Of a stretch of 50,122 nucleotides of DNA, positions 45,764-50,122 are shown piece by piece. Each line of letters starts with the position of its first letter. Position 1 is the stretch's first letter. The stretch covers positions 1-50,122 of the forward strand of contig JANPDZ010000466.1 in assembly GCA_031431735.1 (NCBI GenBank), given 5' to 3'. Source of the DNA: Acidobacteriota bacterium. Its GTDB lineage: Bacteria > Acidobacteriota > Blastocatellia > Pyrinomonadales > Pyrinomonadaceae. The notes below the pieces were generated by a model that ran no database searches, was not told the origin of the DNA, and saw only the letters and a list, made by a program, of their open reading frames with translations. The translations under genes and the position numbers were made by a program.

Positions 45764-48232
45764 ATGGTAAAAGACGATCTAAAAAATCTTATTACGGAAA
45801 GAAGTGCTCGAATCGGTGTCATCGGACTCGGTTATGTCGGTTTGCCGCTGATCATCGAATTTGCACTGAAAGGCTTTCCAACCGTCGGTTTTGAAGTTGA
45901 CGCGAAAAAAGTTGACGTGCTCAACACAGGCGTTTCGCACATCGTTGACGTTTCTTCGGAAAACGTTCAAAAAGCGATCGAAGCCGGAAAATTTACGGCA
46001 ACAACCGATTCTTCGCAGCTGAAAGATTGCGACGTGATCATTATCTGCGTTCCGACACCGCTCAGAAAAACGAAAGACCCCGATATGTCATATATTTTGG
46101 CGGCGGGCGAACAGATCAAAAAATATGCGCGGCGCGGGCAACTTGTCATTTTAGAATCTACAACATATCCCGGCACGACCGACGAAATTCTCCAACCGAT
46201 GATCGAAGAAGCTGGCTTAAAACTCGACGAAGATTTTCTGCTCGCGTTTTCGCCCGAACGCGTTGATCCGGGCAATCCGCAATATCAAACGCACAATATT
46301 ACAAAGGTCGTCGGCGGTGTCGGCAAAGATTCGACCGAGGTTTCCGCGCTTCTTTATGCGCAAATTGTCGAAAATGTTCATCCCGTTTCGTCGGCCCGCG
46401 TCGCGGAAGCCGCCAAACTCTGGGAAAACACATTTCGCGCCATCAATATCGGAATGGCAAATGAAATGGCCAAGGTCTGCAACGCGCTCGGCATTGACAG
46501 CTGGGAAGTGGTGCGCGCCGCCGCGACCAAACCGTTCGGCTTTATGCCGTTCTATCCCGGTCCCGGAATCGGTGGGCATTGTTTATCGGGCAAAGAAACT
46601 GTTATCGTGCGCGACGAAAACGGTAAAAAAATCGAAAATCTGGCGGAACTTTTTACAAATGAAGGCACGAAAAATCGTGTTCGCCGATTTGAAGTTCACG
46701 GAAGCGATGTGATTTACAAACCTAACCTTGAGGCTTTGTCAATCAATATGGAAACGAACAAAGCGGAATGGAAGCCCGTTGAGTATCTTTTCCGCCGCCA
46801 AACCGATGTTGATTTGGTAAAAGTTACAACCAGCGACAATCGCACTATAACCGTTACCGATTTGCATCCGATGCTTGTGGCTGACGAAAACGGCAAACTA
46901 ACGGAAGTTTTTGCGAAAGATTTGAAAGCGGGAAATCGTTTGCCGATTCATCACGCTGAGGAAAATATCGAAAGTGGAAATATAAAGATTGATTTACTTA
47001 AATTCGTTTCTGCTTCATCGGCTGAAAAGATTCGTGTTTGTCTGCGCGAAGGAAGTTTTTATAATTACCATGAAGTTTTGAAAAAACATATCTCGGCGGA
47101 AAAGGTTTGGGAACTTTCCAAAATTAACTATTTAAGTTTGAAAGACTTTTTGAAAGCCGAAAAGGATTTGAATGTCTCGCGTGAAAACCTGATTTTGCGA
47201 ATCGGACGCGGAAATTCGGCTAGTTCTTTTCCGGCGATAGTTGAAATTACGTCGAATGTTGCCCGTTTGATCGGTTATTATTTGGCGGAAGGCTGTGCGA
47301 CGACCGAAAAGGGCAATGAGCGAATTCGGTTTAGCTTTCATTGCAAAGAAAACGAATTTATTGAAGATGTTTGTAGTATTTTGAAGTCTGATTTTGGCGT
47401 AGAAACATCACTTATTCATTCAAATGTTGACCAAGTTACTCATATTCGCGTTGCTTCGGCGTTATTCGGTTGGTTTTTGGTTGAAGTCTTAAAATGCGGA
47501 AAGCGTTCGACTGAAATGCAGATCCCTGACCGTTTATTAAATCTTTCCACTTCGCATAAAACCGAACTTTTGAAAGGTCTTTTGCGCGGCGACGGCGATG
47601 TTTATGTTAAGTCGGGAATGAATTCTTACGAGAAAAACGGCAAAATTTATGAGCATCGAAATACAACTGCCGAAGTCGGATATTTTTCGAGCAGTCCGAA
47701 ACTTTTCCAGCAGGTAGTTTATCTTTTACAGGAGCAAGGTTTCACGCCGACCTGCAAACGCACCAAACCGCACTTGCAAATGAAAGGACGCGAACAACTT
47801 GAAAGAATGTCGAACTGGTTAGGCGAAAAAGGAGCAAAACTTCAAACTTATTTTGCCAATAATTTGCGAAAAGTTAAGAGCAAAACTTTCAAATCATTCG
47901 GTGGAATTATGACCGTTCCCGTCAAAGCCATCGAGATTATCAAAACAACTAAACCTTTTGAAGTTTTCTCGATTGAGGTTGAAGGAAATCATACTTTTGC
48001 GACATCTTATGGCGTTTTTGTTCATAATTGCATCCCTTTGGACCCGCATTATCTTTCGTGGAAGGCGCGGCAGCACGGATTTGATTCGCAATTTATCACT
48101 TTGGCGGAGCAAATCAATTCGGGAATGCCGAAATATGTTGCCGGACTCGTGCGCGATGCTTTGAACGATAACGAAAAATCGGTCAAGGGCGCGAAGATCT
48201 TGATTTTGGGCGTGGCGTATAAAAGATATTGA
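45764..48232 (+). CDS. nucleotide-sugar dehydrogenase (WbpA/WecC-like UDP-N-acetyl-hexosamine 6-dehydrogenase) interrupted by an intein; frame ends prematurely at 48232
   Basis: N-extein IGVIGLGYVGLP Rossmann motif ..PFYPGPGIGGH; C-extein CIPLDPHYLSWKARQHGF..ILILGVAYK; ATG 45764 preferred over TTG 45740. Confidence 0.8.
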   Translation: MVKDDLKNLITERSARIGVIGLGYVGLPLIIEFALKGFPTVGFEVDAKKVDVLNTGVSHIVDVSSENVQKAIEAGKFTATTDSSQLKDCDVIIICVPTPLRKTKDPDMSYILAAGEQIKKYARRGQLVILESTTYPGTTDEILQPMIEEAGLKLDEDFLLAFSPERVDPGNPQYQTHNITKVVGGVGKDSTEVSALLYAQIVENVHPVSSARVAEAAKLWENTFRAINIGMANEMAKVCNALGIDSWEVVRAAATKPFGFMPFYPGPGIGGHCLSGKETVIVRDENGKKIENLAELFTNEGTKNRVRRFEVHGSDVIYKPNLEALSINMETNKAEWKPVEYLFRRQTDVDLVKVTTSDNRTITVTDLHPMLVADENGKLTEVFAKDLKAGNRLPIHHAEENIESGNIKIDLLKFVSASSAEKIRVCLREGSFYNYHEVLKKHISAEKVWELSKINYLSLKDFLKAEKDLNVSRENLILRIGRGNSASSFPAIVEITSNVARLIGYYLAEGCATTEKGNERIRFSFHCKENEFIEDVCSILKSDFGVETSLIHSNVDQVTHIRVASALFGWFLVEVLKCGKRSTEMQIPDRLLNLSTSHKTELLKGLLRGDGDVYVKSGMNSYEKNGKIYEHRNTTAEVGYFSSSPKLFQQVVYLLQEQGFTPTCKRTKPHLQMKGREQLERMSNWLGEKGAKLQTYFANNLRKVKSKTFKSFGGIMTVPVKAIEIIKTTKPFEVFSIEVEGNHTFATSYGVFVHNCIPLDPHYLSWKARQHGFDSQFITLAEQINSGMPKYVAGLVRDALNDNEKSVKGAKILILGVAYKRY
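46580..48028 (+). other. 483-aa class-1 intein with LAGLIDADG homing-endonuclease domain
   Basis: Starts CLSGKETVIV (Cys1), block B TVTDLHPM, LAGLIDADG motifs ARLIGYYLAEGCA and LLKGLLRGDGDVY, ends GVFVHN followed by +1 Cys (CIPLDP); more A+T-rich than exteins. Confidence 0.85.
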
Positions 48233-48548
48233 CGATATGCGCGAATCGCCGGCACTGTCGGTGATTGACCTGCTTCGTTCACGCGGCGCCGAAGTTAGCT
48301 ATCACGATGATTTTGTCGCGGAAGTGACGTTTGACCATTCTTACACGATCGGTGCCGGCGACCCGCTTTACAATCAGGAATTGACCGACGAGCTGCTTGC
48401 GTCGTCAGATTGCGTCGTGATCTGCACCGAACACTCAAACGTTGATTACAAACGCGTCTGTGCACTTTCGAAAGTCATCGTTGACACGCGCAACGCTTTG
48501 AAAGAAGATTTGCGCGAAGGAAGCAAGGCGAAAATAGTTCGTTTGTAG
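48225..48548 (+). CDS. C-terminal domain of the same dehydrogenase, in the +1 frame
   Basis: DIDDMRESPALSVIDLLRSRGAEVSYHDDFV continues the family motif AYK-x3-DDMRESP; frame switch within TATAAAAGAT (48218-48227). Confidence 0.65.
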   Translation, partial: DIDDMRESPALSVIDLLRSRGAEVSYHDDFVAEVTFDHSYTIGAGDPLYNQELTDELLASSDCVVICTEHSNVDYKRVCALSKVIVDTRNALKEDLREGSKAKIVRL

Positions 48549-48565
48549 ATTTAGTGAATTCAAAT

Positions 48566-48765
48566 CATTACTGAGCGGTCTAAAAATTGCAATGGCTTTG
48601 AAAACTAAGAATATCTGCCCACGCGCACACACTAAACAAACGAAAAAAAGCATTTTTGCCAAATCTTTTTTCTTGTTTTCGTGCGTGCGCGTGTGTGCGC
48701 GTGGGCAAAAATCTTAAAATATTTCATACTTTTCAAGTAAGCAATAACTATGCCGCTCAGTAATG
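48566..48765. repeat. nested palindrome, TGCCCACG type
   Basis: Outer CATTACTGAGCGG / CCGCTCAGTAATG; inner TCTGCCCACGCGCACACAC / GTGTGTGCGCGTGGGCAAA. Confidence 0.65.
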
Positions 48766-48772
48766 AGAAGAA

Positions 48773-48894
48773 CTAGTATCTGCTTCCGTAGAAGAGTGGT
48801 AACTTATTTCCTCTAATGAAAATCTCTTTGAACATCAAACGCTACAGAGTTGTTGTTCAGAGAGTTGGTATTTACTTACGGAAGCAGATACTAG
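48773..48894. mobile_element. 122-bp element with perfect 18-bp terminal inverted repeats
   Basis: CTAGTATCTGCTTCCGTA (48773-48790) and TACGGAAGCAGATACTAG (48877-48894) enclosing 86 nt; lies ~240 nt upstream of tnpB. Confidence 0.5.
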
Positions 48895-49046
48895 AAGTTC
48901 AATTCACCTGTGAACTGAAATAATTTATCAAGATTTAGCGCAAGACTCCGTCCATAATCCGCTTCGGATTTGGGGGGAGATGTAGCGCGTTCCACAGCAA
49001 CCGCGCTTTTAAGCGGTTGTTTCTTTGACGCAAGTAGTTTTCGAGA

Positions 49047-49075
49047 TTGAAGGAATTGAGAAACTTTGGTATAAT
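49047..49075 (+). promoter_or_regulatory. sigma70-like promoter upstream of tnpB
   Basis: TTGAAG - 17 nt - TATAAT with TG at the extended -10 position (TGGTATAAT). Confidence 0.45.
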
Positions 49076-49136
49076 CAAAGACGATGCACTGAAAAGCGAT
49101 AAACTTCGCTGTGCTTCTGACACAATCAAAAGGTGG

Positions 49137-50122
49137 TTGATTAGGGCTAAAGCAATTATCACAAAATCTTTCAAGTTTCGCATCTCGAAACCCTCTAAAA
49201 TAGTTCAAGAACGCCTTGAACAAACTCTCTACCATTGCCGACAACTCTATAACGGTGCGCTTCAAGAAAGAATCGGCGCGTATAAAATCAATCACATTTC
49301 GCTCAACTATTACGATCAAGCGAATCAGCTTTCTGACATTAGACAAGACAATCCCGAATACAAAGACATTCACAGCCAAGTTTTGCAGAATGTTTTGAAA
49401 CGATTGGATAAAGCATTTGACGAATGTTTTCGTCGCATCAAAGCAAAACAAACTGCGGGTTTCCCGCGCTTCAAAGGTCAAAACCGATACGACAGCTTCA
49501 CTTTTCCGCAAAGTGGTTTTTCGCTGACGGGAAACAAGTTGACACTTTCCAAAATCGGCACGGCCAAACTTAAATTGTCGCGGCAAATTATCGGCAAAGT
49601 AAAAACGCTTACACTCAAGAATGAGTGCGGAAAGTGGTTTGCAATCTTCACTGTTGAAACGAGTATTAAGCCATTGCCGAAAACAGGTGAATCGGTCGGA
49701 ATGGACGCGGGAATAAGTAGCTTTATGACCTTGAGCGATGGCACGGAAATTGATAACTGGAAATACTACGAATCTACTCAAAAGCGATTGCGAATTGCAC
49801 AACGCCGCGTAGCACGTCGAAAGAAAGGTTCTCACCGTCGCCGTCAAGCAGTCCTTCTCCTTCGCAAGATTCACCAAAAGATAAAAAATCAACGAGCCGA
49901 TTTTCAACATAAAGTTTCTACTTATTTGGTCAAAACTTATGATTTGATAGCAATCGAAAAACTTTCTATTCTCGGTATGTCGCGTGGCATACTTTCTAAA
50001 CAAATACACGATGCCAGTTGGCGTTCTTTTTTTGGAATGTTGGACTACAAAGCTGAAAACGCTGGTCGCCAACTGATAAAAGTAAATCCAAACTATACGA
50101 GTCAAGACTGTTCCGCCTGTGG
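49137..50122 (+). CDS. tnpB: IS200/IS605-family TnpB (RNA-guided endonuclease), 3' end outside window
   Basis: Hand translation of + strand, open from 49038 to window end: KSFKFRISKPS..LYNGALQERI..GFPRFKGQNRYDSFTF..VGMDAGISSF..YDLIAIEKLS..NPNYTSQDCSACG; no in-frame ATG, TTG at 49137 proposed; absent from ORF track because it lacks ATG and a stop. Confidence 0.8.
   Translation, partial: MIRAKAIITKSFKFRISKPSKIVQERLEQTLYHCRQLYNGALQERIGAYKINHISLNYYDQANQLSDIRQDNPEYKDIHSQVLQNVLKRLDKAFDECFRRIKAKQTAGFPRFKGQNRYDSFTFPQSGFSLTGNKLTLSKIGTAKLKLSRQIIGKVKTLTLKNECGKWFAIFTVETSIKPLPKTGESVGMDAGISSFMTLSDGTEIDNWKYYESTQKRLRIAQRRVARRKKGSHRRRQAVLLLRKIHQKIKNQRADFQHKVSTYLVKTYDLIAIEKLSILGMSRGILSKQIHDASWRSFFGMLDYKAENAGRQLIKVNPNYTSQDCSAC

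Noticed and set aside
46580-48028. Insertion in the dehydrogenase as a group I/II intron or a free-standing homing endonuclease gene
   Set aside because: The reading frame is continuous with the exteins. The insert begins with Cys, ends with His-Asn and is followed by Cys, which is the protein-splicing signature rather than an RNA intron.
48218-48232. Programmed +1 ribosomal frameshift on AAA-AGA
   Set aside because: It is mechanistically conceivable, but comparison with the family motif (AYK-x3-DD) suggests a 2-nt loss in an A-run. No stimulatory Shine-Dalgarno or structure is evident. It is kept only as a minor alternative in the finding.
48891-50105. 404-aa minus-strand ORF, the longest ORF listed at the right edge
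   Set aside because: It is the antisense shadow of the plus-strand tnpB reading frame. Its translation has no recognisable motifs, while the plus strand gives canonical TnpB blocks.

Overview
Bacterial chromosomal window, moderately A+T-rich. I saw no rRNA, tRNA or CRISPR array. The gene content (futalosine-pathway radical-SAM enzyme, FG-GAP/PD40 secreted proteins, several Uma2 nucleases) would fit an environmental Gram-negative lineage such as Acidobacteriota, but taxonomy cannot be fixed from this window. Core genes: amidohydrolase, mqn-type radical SAM, LpxL-like and PlsC-like acyltransferases, sugar epimerase, aguA-aguB, tyrS, proC, ybaB-recR, NUDIX, PRTase, AraC regulator, UvrD-like helicase. 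Accessory content: (1) A 1.8-10.4 kb islet holds four Uma2 nuclease genes plus PIN, RelE-like and HicAB modules. In it the 5' end of the mqn-type gene occurs four times and the 5' end of one Uma2 gene twice, which suggests gene-sized cassettes stacked at gene starts. (2) A 21-32 kb secretome cluster (PD40/FG-GAP protein, M4, S8 and metzincin proteases) includes a GNAT plus SRA-like gene pair that is partly duplicated around the 950-aa gene. (3) A WbpA-like nucleotide-sugar dehydrogenase carries a 483-aa LAGLIDADG intein at its catalytic Cys and has a frameshift further downstream. (4) A decayed BrnT/BrnA pair. (5) A partial IS605-type tnpB at the right edge. (6) Intergenic regions are crowded with hairpins whose arms are tandem 7-8-nt repeats (GATTGCG, GGGTAAAA, GAGTCGC, GTGCAWA) and with MITE-like nested palindromes. 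One ~100-bp palindromic element is inserted in frame in the helicase gene, with a half copy in frame in the GNAT gene.
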